IMG/VR virus record: IMGVR_UViG_3300024520_000057 | Coordinates: 1-64,000 of that record | DNA length: 64,000 nt | Origin: a virus | Reading direction: 5' to 3' (one strand) | Shown: positions 1 to 10,658 of the stretch, one piece after another | Layout: each line of letters begins with the position of its first letter | Position numbering within the stretch: the first letter of the stretch is position 1 | Translations under genes and position numbers: made by a program | The notes under the pieces: generated by a model | What the model was told of the DNA's origin: nothing | Database searches by the model: none | What the model saw: only the letters and a program-made list of their open reading frames with translations

Positions 1-222
1 ATTTTATATTGCAAAAACAAGAAAAAAAATGGATTGGAATCACAATTGAGGAATGGGAGAATTTGTTGAGCAAACTATGGTCATCTCCAAAGGATGAGGA
101 GCTGTATTTAAGATGGCTGTTTAAAGTAAAGGGATTTATTATTTTCAAAGATTCAAATGAAATTATTGATGAGGAAAAATATTTCAATGTGTTTCATGAA
201 ATAGGATGGAATGCTGATTGAT

Positions 223-336
223 ATGATAGATTTAGCATTTGATATTTATATAGTATTCTCAATATTTGTTGTTGTGATTTGGGCAATTACAGGCATAATC
301 ATTATATTTAAAACAGGAAGGTTGCCATGGAAATAG
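223..336 (+). CDS. small single-TM hypothetical protein (37 aa, not in ORF track)
   Basis: Read by hand: MIDLAFDIYIVFSIFVVVIWAITGIIIIFKTGRLPWK*, fills the gap and overlaps the next start. Confidence 0.5.
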   Translation: MIDLAFDIYIVFSIFVVVIWAITGIIIIFKTGRLPWK

Positions 337-1391
337 ATAGCTTTATTCATACTGGCGATTGGCATATTTTTGACAGACATAAGTATTCCATAGATGGTTC
401 AAGGCTGAAGCAAATAATGGATAATGCTTATGAGGTCTTGGATTGTGCTATTGAGAATGAAATTCCATTAATCATCCATACTGGTGATGTGTTTAATGTT
501 CACAATCCAAATGAAAGATTGATTAATGAGTTCTCAGGTTGGGTGAGAAAAGCAGCTGAAAACAACATAATGATTAGGGTGATTGTTGGAAATCATGATA
601 CAAATGGTGTCAATCATTCATTGGAAGGCATAAGTAATATTGCACAAGTTACAGACCAGAATTTGTTTAAGGTGTTTGGAAATGAATCATACATGGAAGA
701 GTTTGATAATGTTGTTTTCTTTTATGTTCCATGGGTGAAGAATATTCAGAAGGCAGTAAATGATTCAATGAAATTTGTTGATGAAATCAAAAGGAATATT
801 TTGGTGGTTCACACACCTGTTAATGGGGCATGGGCAACACCAAAATATAAATATGAATCAAAGGATGGAAGTGTATCATTTGTAAATGATTGGGACTATG
901 TTGCATTGGGAGATTTCCACATGGCACAGCAAGTAGGGAAGAATGCATTTTATTGTGGTTCTATTGCAAAATTGACTTGGAATGAAAGGGAAGATGTTAA
1001 AAGTTTTAATTATGTTGAGCTTGGTGATTCACTGTCTGTTAATCTTGTTCCATTGGTTGATATTGAGTTCATAGAAACCAAGTTTATTCCTCATGAAATG
1101 ATGGTTGTTGATATGGTGGATGAGATATTAGAAATTGATGGAAAACCAGTTAAGGATGGATTTATAAAGTTGTTTGTTGATAATATTGGTGATGAGGTGT
1201 TTGATTTTAAAAGAGCATTGTTAAAGGGTGGTGCAAAACAGGTGTATATTAAAGAATTGGAAAAGGGTGAGGTGCTCGAAAGTGAGGACATCAGCTTGGA
1301 TTTGGATCCAGAAAGTGCTGTTAAGAAATTTTGCAAGGATAAGAAAATGCTTGAATATGGATTGAAAACATTAAAGGATGTGATGTCGTGA
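327..1391 (+). CDS. sbcD: Mre11/SbcD-family (T4 gp47-like) metallophosphoesterase nuclease
   Basis: GDWH, TGDVFN, GNHD, VHT and LGDFH metallophosphoesterase motifs, YCGS; adjacent to an SbcC-like gene. Confidence 0.93.
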   Translation: MEIDSFIHTGDWHIFDRHKYSIDGSRLKQIMDNAYEVLDCAIENEIPLIIHTGDVFNVHNPNERLINEFSGWVRKAAENNIMIRVIVGNHDTNGVNHSLEGISNIAQVTDQNLFKVFGNESYMEEFDNVVFFYVPWVKNIQKAVNDSMKFVDEIKRNILVVHTPVNGAWATPKYKYESKDGSVSFVNDWDYVALGDFHMAQQVGKNAFYCGSIAKLTWNEREDVKSFNYVELGDSLSVNLVPLVDIEFIETKFIPHEMMVVDMVDEILEIDGKPVKDGFIKLFVDNIGDEVFDFKRALLKGGAKQVYIKELEKGEVLESEDISLDLDPESAVKKFCKDKKMLEYGLKTLKDVMS

Positions 1392-1780
1392 GAAAGAGTT
1401 TGTGGAGAAAGATTAAGCTTTTAACCCAATATGAAATAATAGTGGTGTTAGATTTAGATAAGCTTGAAAAGGTGATAATGATTGTTTCAAAGCTTCATGG
1501 TGTGCCATCAACAACTAAAATAGATAAAAGAGTTTTTAAGAAGATGGTATCTGGTGCAATGAACATTAGAGCTAAATTCAGGGACAGTGATGATTTGATA
1601 TATAATTTGGAATTGGTAAGTGTAAAGGTTGGTGGAAAGATGATTAATTCAATTAGGAAAGAATTTAAGCTCAGACCAAGAGTCAAAGTTAGGGACATTG
1701 AGGTTGAAGGAAAATCTATTTTGGCAAAGGATTGGAACTTTTTCAATGATACATACAAGGAAATAACAGATGCACATTAA
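1388..1780 (+). CDS. hypothetical basic protein
   Basis: 130-aa ORF overlapping both neighbours. Confidence 0.6.
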   Translation: MRKSLWRKIKLLTQYEIIVVLDLDKLEKVIMIVSKLHGVPSTTKIDKRVFKKMVSGAMNIRAKFRDSDDLIYNLELVSVKVGGKMINSIRKEFKLRPRVKVRDIEVEGKSILAKDWNFFNDTYKEITDAH

Positions 1781-3854
1781 GTCAATTAGATTAGAAAATT
1801 TATTTTGTTTTAAGGATGTGTCATTGAATTTTGATGAGCTGGATTTTGCATTGTTTGTAGGAAGGAACGGAGCTGGAAAGTCAGCTATCTTTGATGCATT
1901 GTGCTGGACATTATATGACCAAACAGCAAGGAAGCTATACACCAAGAATAAATTGATAAGGGACATTCCCACCAAACAGCCAAATGCACTGGGAGAATGT
2001 ATTTTTTTGGATAGTGGAAAAGAATATATTGTAACCAGACATAGAGGAAAAAGGAATGATTTGGAGGTCAGTGAGAATGGGAAAGCAATTGAAATAAGAA
2101 ACTCAACTATGATGCAGGAAAAGCTGGAAAAGATTTTGGGCATGGACTTCAAAACATTTTTAAATGTTGCTTATTTTAGTCAGGGTGATATTGGGAAGTT
2201 TTTGGTGTCTGATTCCAATGAAAGAATCAATGTTATTTCCAGTATTTTGAATCTTCATTATTTCGATGATGCAAGGGAGTTGTGTAAAAAGGAATCTGAT
2301 AAATTTTCAAAGGAAATAGAATATGATAAGGGTGTGTATGAACAAGGTTTAAGTCTTTTAAATGAGATAGATATTAAAGCTAAACACAGTTACAATAAAC
2401 AGTTAAAAAAGAAAATTAAACAAACAATTGAGAAGCTGGAAAATATCAGCCATTACCTTGATTCAATATTACAGAAAAAAGAGTTGAAGGAACAAGCTGA
2501 TAAGATTAAAACTGAATATGACATAAAGAAAAAGGAAATTGAATTTTCAATAGAACATTTTAAGAAAGCAATAGATGAAAAGAATGATGATATTAAATCA
2601 AAGCCTGAGTTTGTAAAGAAATTAAAGGAAGCCACATCACAGTTAGGTGATTACAATGTGCTTAATGAAAGTTTAGCAAAAATAGATGAAGAACAAAAGG
2701 AAATGATTAGGAAGAAAACACAATGGAAAACCAGAATAGAGGCATTGAGGGATAAGAAGGATGAGAATAAGAAGGTGGTTTCTTTGAAAGGACAAAACTG
2801 TCCCACTTGTCACCAAATTGTTCTAAATGAGGTGTTGAATGTGTTTTATCTTAATATTAGGAATTGTGAAGATGAAATTGTAAAAATAGCAGATAAAATT
2901 AGATTGGTTGACAATCAGATGGATAAGGCTGGTGAAAGAAGGAAAAGAATTGATAAGGAGCTGGAATTACACCATGATAAATATGCAATTGTTGAAAAGG
3001 GGAGGTTTATAATTGCTGACATTGAAAGATCTGAAAAGGAAGTGGCGGGACTTGTTGGTGAAATGGATAAGATTAAAGCTGATGGCAAGAGGGAGCTTGG
3101 TGTTATTAAGACAAGGTATGAGGAAAAGAAAGTGGAATATAATAAATTTTCACCAATTGATATAAGTGACTATGAGGAAAGGTCAGCTGAATTTGATAAG
3201 TTGGATGGGGAAAGAAATGAGTTTGAGTCTGAATTAAAGTTAGTTAAGTTTCAAATTGATGAGTATTACAGAAAGCTGAGAATAACTGAAGCAGCAAAAG
3301 AAAGAATGGAAGCTAAAAAGAAGAATGTTGAAAAAGCTGAATATTGGAAAGCTGCTTTCCCTAAAATAAAGCTAAAAATGATTGGTGATGTTATACCAAT
3401 AATTGAACATGAGACTAACAAATATCTGGATGATGTGCTTCCAGGAAAGAAAATAACATTTTTGGTTGATCCAGATAAAAAGCAAAACAAATTAGACATG
3501 ATGATTAAGGATGTTGAGTTTGGTATTGAGAGGATATTAGAAGGTTGGAGTGGTGGTGAAAAAGATAGGATGACTATGGCTGTATTTCTTGCTTTGAATA
3601 AGATTGCAAGTATGAGGAGTGGAAAGGCAGTTGATTTTATTATTATGGATGAAAAGTTTGCAAAGATAGATGATGAGGGCAGACATTTAATACTGGAATT
3701 GCTAAAGAAAGAATATGGAAACAGAAAGGTGTGGGCAGTGAGTCATGTTGATGTTACAAATGAATTCAAGAATGTAATTAAATTCAGCAAAGTTAATGGT
3801 GTGAGTAGTGTAGATGTTGAAGAAAATTTAGGATATACAGATGGCAAGTTCTGA
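1770..3854 (+). CDS. sbcC: Rad50/SbcC-family (T4 gp46-like) SMC ATPase
   Basis: Walker A GRNGAGKS, Q-loop SQG, coiled coil with CPTC zinc hook, signature WSGGE, Walker B IIMDE, H-loop VSH. Confidence 0.95.
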   Translation: MHIKSIRLENLFCFKDVSLNFDELDFALFVGRNGAGKSAIFDALCWTLYDQTARKLYTKNKLIRDIPTKQPNALGECIFLDSGKEYIVTRHRGKRNDLEVSENGKAIEIRNSTMMQEKLEKILGMDFKTFLNVAYFSQGDIGKFLVSDSNERINVISSILNLHYFDDARELCKKESDKFSKEIEYDKGVYEQGLSLLNEIDIKAKHSYNKQLKKKIKQTIEKLENISHYLDSILQKKELKEQADKIKTEYDIKKKEIEFSIEHFKKAIDEKNDDIKSKPEFVKKLKEATSQLGDYNVLNESLAKIDEEQKEMIRKKTQWKTRIEALRDKKDENKKVVSLKGQNCPTCHQIVLNEVLNVFYLNIRNCEDEIVKIADKIRLVDNQMDKAGERRKRIDKELELHHDKYAIVEKGRFIIADIERSEKEVAGLVGEMDKIKADGKRELGVIKTRYEEKKVEYNKFSPIDISDYEERSAEFDKLDGERNEFESELKLVKFQIDEYYRKLRITEAAKERMEAKKKNVEKAEYWKAAFPKIKLKMIGDVIPIIEHETNKYLDDVLPGKKITFLVDPDKKQNKLDMMIKDVEFGIERILEGWSGGEKDRMTMAVFLALNKIASMRSGKAVDFIIMDEKFAKIDDEGRHLILELLKKEYGNRKVWAVSHVDVTNEFKNVIKFSKVNGVSSVDVEENLGYTDGKF

Positions 3855-4287
3855 ATTGGTTGAGATACAGGTTCCACTTCCATTTAATGAGAAGCTGAGG
3901 CAGGTGAGAATTGAAAAGAACTTTTCAAAGGTAGGGTTGGCAAGGGCAATTGGAAGGGAATGGCTACAGATTAAGAGGTATGAGGAGAATGAACAGTTTC
4001 CACCACTGGATATATTCAAAAGACTTTGTTTGGTTTTACAGGTGGATCCATCTTGGTTTTTAGGATTGGAATGGAAGAGTAAAGTTGTAGAAGGAACAAT
4101 TTTCAAGTGGTATCTTTCAAATCATAATTCAGTGCTTCACTGGTGTTGTGCTAATTGTAAGGCAAATAATGTTGAGTATGTTGAGGTAGATACTAAAGAG
4201 GATTTTCATATGGAATATATGTGTGAAGGGTGTGAGTGTGTTTACAATGAATTGTGCAGAGATGAGAGGAGAGTGGGATGGACTTGA
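3841..4287 (+). CDS. XRE-family HTH regulator with C-terminal Zn ribbon
   Basis: EKLRQVRIEKNFSKVGLARAIG...IKRYEE...LCLVLQVDPSWFLG; CANC and CEGC pairs. Confidence 0.75.
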   Translation: MASSELVEIQVPLPFNEKLRQVRIEKNFSKVGLARAIGREWLQIKRYEENEQFPPLDIFKRLCLVLQVDPSWFLGLEWKSKVVEGTIFKWYLSNHNSVLHWCCANCKANNVEYVEVDTKEDFHMEYMCEGCECVYNELCRDERRVGWT

Positions 4288-4886
4288 GATTGAAAAAGCA
4301 TATTCTTGGCATTGATGTTGGTTTTGCTGCAATGGGATTGTCATTGTTTGCTGTTGTTGATTATGAACTTGTTCCAGTTAAGTTTAAGGTGATTACATCG
4401 GTTAAGAATTTCAAGAAGGCAAAGAATATCAGGGTGGTTGATGATGATATGGAAAGGGTGAAATTTATGGTGGGGGAATTTACTAAATTTTATGATAAAT
4501 GGTTGTTTGATAGAAACATTTTGGTGGCAATGGAGATGCCTACAGGAGGAGCACAAGCAGCCAGACCAAACAGATGTATGGGAATGAGTTCAGCATTAGC
4601 AATAACATTTTTTACAATGTATGAGGAGCCGATGGAGTTGGTTACACCACAGGAAGTTAAACTTGCTATGACTGGAAATAGAAATGCTTCTAAAGTTGAA
4701 ATGATGCAAGCAGCAGGGATAAAATTTAAACTGAAAGCAGGATATGATGATAGAAACAAACCTAAATTTGAATTCAATGATAAAAGGTTTACATTAAGTG
4801 AGTTTGAGCATATAGCTGATTCTATTGGAGCAGTGTTGCATGTTCAAAAAACCAGTGAATTGTATAAAATATTCATAAAGGAGTAA
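4278..4886 (+). CDS. ruvC: RuvC-like Holliday junction resolvase
   Basis: ILGIDVG, VAMEMP, VTPQEVK...TGNRNASKVEM, HIADSIG. Confidence 0.88.
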   Translation: MDLRLKKHILGIDVGFAAMGLSLFAVVDYELVPVKFKVITSVKNFKKAKNIRVVDDDMERVKFMVGEFTKFYDKWLFDRNILVAMEMPTGGAQAARPNRCMGMSSALAITFFTMYEEPMELVTPQEVKLAMTGNRNASKVEMMQAAGIKFKLKAGYDDRNKPKFEFNDKRFTLSEFEHIADSIGAVLHVQKTSELYKIFIKE

Positions 4887-4888
4887 TA

Positions 4889-5197
4889 ATGGATACAGAT
4901 AGGCTGATAGAAGGCACCAAGAAAGCTTTTCCGCCACTTGAGAGTGGTTTGAATGACATCAATAAGGTTGTGTTAGTTACTGAAGGCAAAACCAAGGAGG
5001 GAACAGGATTAACAACTATGGAATTCCAGATAGAAGAGGATTGGATTACAGATGAAGGTGGTGAAAAGAAGTTGATTGTTTTTTTAACACCTGATTATTT
5101 ATCAAGACAAAGATTTTTTAATAGGTATGGTAAATTAATAATTGATCCAAGAACAGTTGGTATGCCACAGGTGGGAGATGAAGAAAAGAAAAGCTAA
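4889..5197 (+). CDS. hypothetical protein
   Basis: AGGAG RBS, operonic spacing. Confidence 0.6.
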   Translation: MDTDRLIEGTKKAFPPLESGLNDINKVVLVTEGKTKEGTGLTTMEFQIEEDWITDEGGEKKLIVFLTPDYLSRQRFFNRYGKLIIDPRTVGMPQVGDEEKKS

Positions 5198-5523
5198 ATA
5201 CATTTGCCCTATTTGTAAGAATGCCAGATGGAAAACAATTCAGAAGCTGGTTGCTCATCAGTGTAGGAAATGTGGGCATGTCAAAACAACTACACTTGGG
5301 AAATTGAGGGAAAGGTTGTCGTGAGTCACTCAAAATATAAAAAATATATTTTATTCCAATTTGATGATTATTATCCAGCAGGTGGTGTGGGGGATATTGC
5401 TGAGAGTTTTGATACAATAGATGAGGCAAGGGAATATTTGAAAAGAGATGGTGTTTTATTTTATGATTATGAGGAATTGGTTGATAGAGATACTTGGGAA
5501 GTTGTGGAATGTGAATTGAGGAA

Positions 5524-6069
5524 ATGAAAATGTATTATAATACAAAAAGAAACATACTGTATTTATGCCATGCCAGAACAGCTTCAAGTTACACTGGTCA
5601 GGTGTTACAATTACATGGATTTGAACCAACCAGAAACCACCATGGCACCATTGATGAAGCCAGGATATATCATCCAATCAACTCTAACACAATGATATTC
5701 ACCACTGTTAGGAACCATTTCAGTTTGTTAGCAAGCTGGTTTATAACAACTCATGGAAAAAGATTTGACATTGATTGGGTGGAAAAGATGTTGGGTGATG
5801 ATATGCATTTTAAATTAGATATGTGGATGCTTGGCAGCAACCCAGTTTATAAAGCATTTTATCACAATGCTCATTTTGTTTTAAAGTTTGAACACTTGGA
5901 AAGGCAAATGCAAGTGTTGGGATTCAATGATTTTAAGTTCAAGCCACCATTGTATGATTACAAGGTGCTTTATGGCATACCATTAAGGGAATTTGTAACT
6001 GATTTGTTTAGATATGAACTGGAAAAATTTGGATATACATTTGATAATGGTGTAGAGTATGGGATATGA
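5524..6069 (+). CDS. putative sulfotransferase-family protein
   Basis: LYLCHARTASS resembles the 5'-PAPS loop (HIPKTAGTS-like); FTTVRNHF resembles the 3'-PAPS motif; LKFEHLE. Confidence 0.6.
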   Translation: MKMYYNTKRNILYLCHARTASSYTGQVLQLHGFEPTRNHHGTIDEARIYHPINSNTMIFTTVRNHFSLLASWFITTHGKRFDIDWVEKMLGDDMHFKLDMWMLGSNPVYKAFYHNAHFVLKFEHLERQMQVLGFNDFKFKPPLYDYKVLYGIPLREFVTDLFRYELEKFGYTFDNGVEYGI

Positions 6070-6682
6070 ATTTGTTGGATTAGTTAATTCAGATATTCAT
6101 TGGATAACACCAGAGGATTCAATTGCATTAAGAAATTCACCTGAATTTGTTACAGTTGATAAATATCCAGTTAATTTTGAAATTCATGATGGTGAAGTAG
6201 GCTGTTTGATTAGTATTATCAGAGGGACAAATTTATTGTTTGTATTAGGAAGGTTTGGTGTATTGTAGCAATGTATAGATTCCATTTTGTTTTGAAAGAA
6301 GTTGATGGAAAGAGTGGAGAATATAAGCCAGATTATTGGATGTCTCAAATTGATATAAATGATGAGATTGATAATGATACGATATTTGAAATATTAAAAT
6401 TACAGCTAAGTGAATTTTTGGATAAAATAAATAATGGCGAGGTTGAAAGGATGAAGCTATGAGGTTGTCTGATTTAAGTGTAAAGAAGTATAATAAATTT
6501 GTAGATGATTTAGTGGAAGAAATCCAGTGGAATATGCAAACAAAAACAACCAGACATGTTAAGGAAAAGGTGTTGGCAGAATTGAATGATATTAAAAACA
6601 TCAATGTTAAAAAGGGTGATACAATTACCATTGATTACAAAATTGTTGTGGATATACCATTTAAAATGATAAGGAAGTTCAA

Positions 6683-7009
6683 ATGACCAGATTTGGAGAA
6701 GAACGAGCACCACTTGAATTGACAAAGGCATCCAACAAACAGAAAGTGTTGGTTTGTCCTCATTGCCAAGCTGGAAGGCATTGCAGCACCAATACAGTTG
6801 GATTGGTGTGTTCGGGATGTAAAAAGTATTTTAGTGCCGATGATTCACTGGATGAAAGCATGGCAGATATGATTAATCAGTCTAAACCAATTAATACAGT
6901 GTTCACTGCTTTGAAAGGTGATATGGAAAGAAAGGCATATGAATTCAAGGACAAGCAAGACAAGGAAAGAGAAAGTGGAATACCAAGAAGGAGACATGAG
7001 CCATTATGA
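6683..7009 (+). CDS. zinc-ribbon protein
   Basis: CPHC and CSGC pairs. Confidence 0.55.
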   Translation: MTRFGEERAPLELTKASNKQKVLVCPHCQAGRHCSTNTVGLVCSGCKKYFSADDSLDESMADMINQSKPINTVFTALKGDMERKAYEFKDKQDKERESGIPRRRHEPL

Positions 7010-7329
7010 TTAATGTTTTAAAGGAACTAAGGGAAATTAATGATGCAAGGAATGTAGTTCACTTTCCATCCTGTGAACACTGGAGTGAATCAGATTGGGG
7101 AAATGCCATAGCTGGTGAAACTGGTGAGATGTGTAATAAGATTAAAAAAAGAAAACTTGGCAAACCAGTGTTGATAGCAGAGGTTGGTGATGAAATGGCT
7201 GATATAATTATTTATTTGGATTTACTTGCTACAAAGATGGGAATCAATCTGGAAGCATCTATTGTAAGGAAATTTAATGAGAAATCAAGGGAACTTGGTT
7301 CAAATATAATGTTCAAGGGTGATTTATGA
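7006..7329 (+). CDS. MazG-like nucleotide pyrophosphohydrolase
   Basis: IAGETGEMCN...EVGDEMADIIIYLDLLA...INLEASIVRKFNE. Confidence 0.85.
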   Translation: MINVLKELREINDARNVVHFPSCEHWSESDWGNAIAGETGEMCNKIKKRKLGKPVLIAEVGDEMADIIIYLDLLATKMGINLEASIVRKFNEKSRELGSNIMFKGDL

Positions 7330-7955
7330 CAACACGAACAAAAGAGGAACGAGAGGCAATTGACAGCATGGAAGTGAAACCAGCTGATGTGTATTGCAAT
7401 GCCCGAAAGAGCGATGGAAACTATTGTAAAATGAGAGCTGGAACACGAACCAGCCACCTTGGCAGTGGAAGGTGTTTCCTTCATGGTGGTGCATCAGATG
7501 GAAGACCAATAGTGCATGGTTTTTATAGCAAGAAGCTGAGAAGCAAGTTGGCTGAAGATTATCAGAAGGTAATTGAGGATCCAACATTTATCAATCTATA
7601 TACAGAGTTGGCTGTTATTAAAACTATTTTTGGTGAGTTCCTGGAACACTTCAGTGCTGAATTGGAAAAGTCAAAGCAGGAAGATAAGAACTTCTGGGTG
7701 GAAATAAGTGAAAAGGGCACACCCATGCTCAATCCAGAAGCAAGGAACATATTCGATATGTTGGAGGCAATTGGAAAAATATACACTCGGATTGTTGATG
7801 CTGAGGTGAAGAGCAAACAGACACTGACAATCAAACAGGTAATGTTAATCATCCAGCAAATTAAACAGGCTATGAATGTTTGTGGTCATTGCCCCATAAG
7901 AAGCAAGGTGGTTGGTAATTTTGATAGCATAAGAAGTCCAGGAGTGGAATTGTGA
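7326..7955 (+). CDS. HGGxSTG-domain protein, probable terminase small subunit
   Basis: CNARKSDGNYC...GRCFLHGGAS...VHGFYSK followed by a helical oligomerisation-like region. Confidence 0.62.
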   Translation: MTTRTKEEREAIDSMEVKPADVYCNARKSDGNYCKMRAGTRTSHLGSGRCFLHGGASDGRPIVHGFYSKKLRSKLAEDYQKVIEDPTFINLYTELAVIKTIFGEFLEHFSAELEKSKQEDKNFWVEISEKGTPMLNPEARNIFDMLEAIGKIYTRIVDAEVKSKQTLTIKQVMLIIQQIKQAMNVCGHCPIRSKVVGNFDSIRSPGVEL

Positions 7956-8124
7956 AGTATTATTATAAAATACAAACAATGGGTGGTTCTAATTCTGTAA
8001 TTGATTCACTTGAAAACATACAAGAGTATTTAAAGGAGTCTGAGGCTGGTGAGGTGTGGACGATTACAGTATTGGAAATGACAGATGAAGAATACAAGGC
8101 ATTGCCTGAGAGCGATGGACTGTA

Positions 8125-8406
8125 ATGAATGATTGGGGAGAAATAAAGCTTGTAAAAAAGGGTGATATTAACATCAGAGGTAGGTGGATTGAACTGTTAA
8201 AACAAGTGAAATTAAGACTGGAACGGACAAAGGGAGATGAAGCACTGGAAGTGCCCTTGAATAGCAAAAAGGATTTGGACAGTTTATATGCCTTTGTTAA
8301 TAAGAATACTGATGATGGGGAGATTGGAATGACAAGGAATGGAAGGGATAATGTTATGTATTTTTACAGGGGCTGTAATTATAAGCTTCCAAGGGATGCA
8401 AGGTAA
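8125..8406 (+). CDS. hypothetical protein
   Basis: 93-aa ORF in a tightly packed + strand run. Confidence 0.55.
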   Translation: MNDWGEIKLVKKGDINIRGRWIELLKQVKLRLERTKGDEALEVPLNSKKDLDSLYAFVNKNTDDGEIGMTRNGRDNVMYFYRGCNYKLPRDAR

Positions 8407-8553
8407 TGGATTACAGTAGATATGGGTTAAAGAAAGTCATGTCATGGTGGGAGTTTGTAGAGCTGTCTAAGTGTATAGGTTTTCCCAGCTGGTGTTGGCA
8501 CACTTGGGAGTTTGTTAATCATGAAGGCTATTTTGAAGTGGGATTAAGAGTGT

Positions 8554-8904
8554 TTGGATTGGAACATAAAACATATTATAAACGAAAACGGAAGGATGTG
8601 TATGATGAATGGTAATAAGTATATGAAGGCATTGGTAAAGCAGCACTGTCGATCTGGAATGAATGTCAGTGTAATATATAATGGTTTTCAGTTTGAGGGC
8701 AAAGTGGTTACCATAACTGCCGATACTCCTGGTAATGACTGTATCCATCTTATCAGCCGAGATGAGGAAGATGGCAGTGGAGCAGATTACAGGTATTTGA
8801 TACCACTGGAAGGCAGTGCTTTTATACTGCCACTGGAAGTCAGCAAACAACAAGAGAAGGTGGATGCAGAGGTAGAGAGTGACAAGCCAAAGGATAATAT
8901 GTAA
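8554..8904 (+). CDS. hypothetical protein (start probably at a downstream Met)
   Basis: ORF with a small beta-rich core (VSVIYNGFQFEGKVVTI). Confidence 0.5.
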   Translation: MDWNIKHIINENGRMCMMNGNKYMKALVKQHCRSGMNVSVIYNGFQFEGKVVTITADTPGNDCIHLISRDEEDGSGADYRYLIPLEGSAFILPLEVSKQQEKVDAEVESDKPKDNM

Positions 8905-9167
8905 TGGAACATTGCAATAAGAAAGGCTAAATGAGGTGAGAAATGCCAACTGTCATTCCAGAGAGTAAATGCTGGATAATAAGGACACCACCCACCAGCA
9001 CACCCTTGTATTTATGGCAGGACATTGTTTCCTTGGTTGAGAAAGCTGGAAACACAATCTATTCCTATGAGTATCACCATCGCCATGATGCCTATGTAAT
9101 GACCTGCCAACATCGTCCTATTGACTCGCCATCGTCACATATCTATTGGCTCCCAGTAACTCCTTAA

Positions 9168-10123
9168 AATAAATACAGTTGTAAGCATCCCCAGTAAGGT
9201 GGAAGAAATACAGGGTGTATGGTGAGATGGATTAATAGAGTAGTAGAGTGCAAGTGTGTGATATTGTGTAATGTAATGGAATGTTGGTAGTGTGAGTGGA
9301 TGTAGTTATGGTGTGTAAAGAGAGAGTGATGTAATGTGTGTAATGAAACAGAGTGGAGATGGGAGAGATGGAAAGAGTGCTGTGTTACAGTGCACACATT
9401 GGACACAATTGTCATACAACACCACTGGAGGCAAGGAAGCAAGGGATTGCAATGGTTGGGGCACAAGGGTTCATTGAGGTTATGGAGGAGAACTACAGGA
9501 TAAGACCACTTGGATGGTTTGGATGGTGCATGTGTGACACTGTTGGTGCATTGTGTTGCATTGCTGCCATCATATATGCATAACCCACCACTGGAAGGCT
9601 ATTATATCCCAGTGTATTCAGCTATAAACAGAGGATAAGATGGACTGTCCAGGTGGTTGTGGTGAAAGCAGGGAGAGTAATGGGACAATGGTGGTAGTGT
9701 TGAGGTGTTGCTATGCAAGGGATGCAGGCTATGTAGGGAGGGGGGGATAGCCATTTGAGAATGAACACACACTGTTGTCATTGTTGCCAGCCTTCCAGAC
9801 ACCCACAACTTCGCCACATCGCCACTAAACTCCAGTTACACAATTACACTCCAACTGGAACCAACTGCCCCATTACACTCCAAGTGGAACACTGGAACAC
9901 CATTACAACTGGACACACTGGAGCTTTGCACCAAACAAGTTACACCCCATCAGGACATTACACCTAAACATTGCTTTCTGTGAGGGATGTTAATTGCAAT
10001 CCCACAATAACCATTGTGGCTGGTGAGTGTAACACTGTAGTTGAAAACTTACACTCCATGGTGAAAAACATTAATGTGACGGTGTATATTAATATGTATT
10101 GAATTTATGAGGGTGCCAGAACA
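9168..10123. repeat. ~1-kb non-coding region with mirror composition and short repeats (candidate terminus/pac or origin)
   Basis: GT-rich left arm with GTGTAA at 9266, 9313, 9338; GGGAGGGGGGG at 9736-9746; CA-rich right arm with TTACACTCCA at 9844, 9873, 10049 and variants at 9836, 9903, 9940, 9958; no credible ORFs. Confidence 0.6.
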
Positions 10124-10414
10124 ATGGAAACAACAATAAACAAACATTACAGACGATGGATGAAGTCTCATTTAGGGAGCTTGACCAAATTTCCTCGTGC
10201 AAACTGGGAGGATGTTAAGGAAGCTTTCTCAGTTGGATTCAAACAAGGTGGTGTGCTGAATAAACGGGAATTATTAGTGTTGTTTTTGTATTTTGGTATG
10301 GATGGCAAGCCGTGGACTCATAATGAGATTGCCAATTTACTTGGCTTGTCTCAGGAGAGAATAAGGCAGATTAAGGTGAAAGCAATCAGAAAAATTAAGG
10401 GAAGTGTGAGGTGA
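10124..10414 (+). CDS. sigma-70 region-4 HTH protein
   Basis: YFGMDGKPWTHNEIANLLGLSQERIRQIKVKAIRKIK matches the region 4.2 pattern. Confidence 0.8.
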   Translation: METTINKHYRRWMKSHLGSLTKFPRANWEDVKEAFSVGFKQGGVLNKRELLVLFLYFGMDGKPWTHNEIANLLGLSQERIRQIKVKAIRKIKGSVR

Positions 10415-10658
10415 TATGGGAAAATACAAGGTAAAGGGATTGAAGCTGATTGCTATTGATGCAGGTGGCAATGAGTATAAGGGAAACATTCAAGTTGTAT
10501 GGTGAGGAGAATTGGCATATGCAAATCCTGCTGAAGTTGGTGTTTCATCTTTGGATGAGTGTATGGAATTGAAAGTGGTTAAGAAATCTGAGATGTTTGC
10601 TGATTTGGAGAACAAAGTTGTAGGTGGAGATTTTTATGATGAGATGCTGGAGGACTGA

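Noticed and set aside
9164-9967. His/Thr/Cys-rich ORFs in the non-coding region
   Set aside because: Composition follows the CA/GT-biased DNA repeats; no convincing RBS or protein-like pattern
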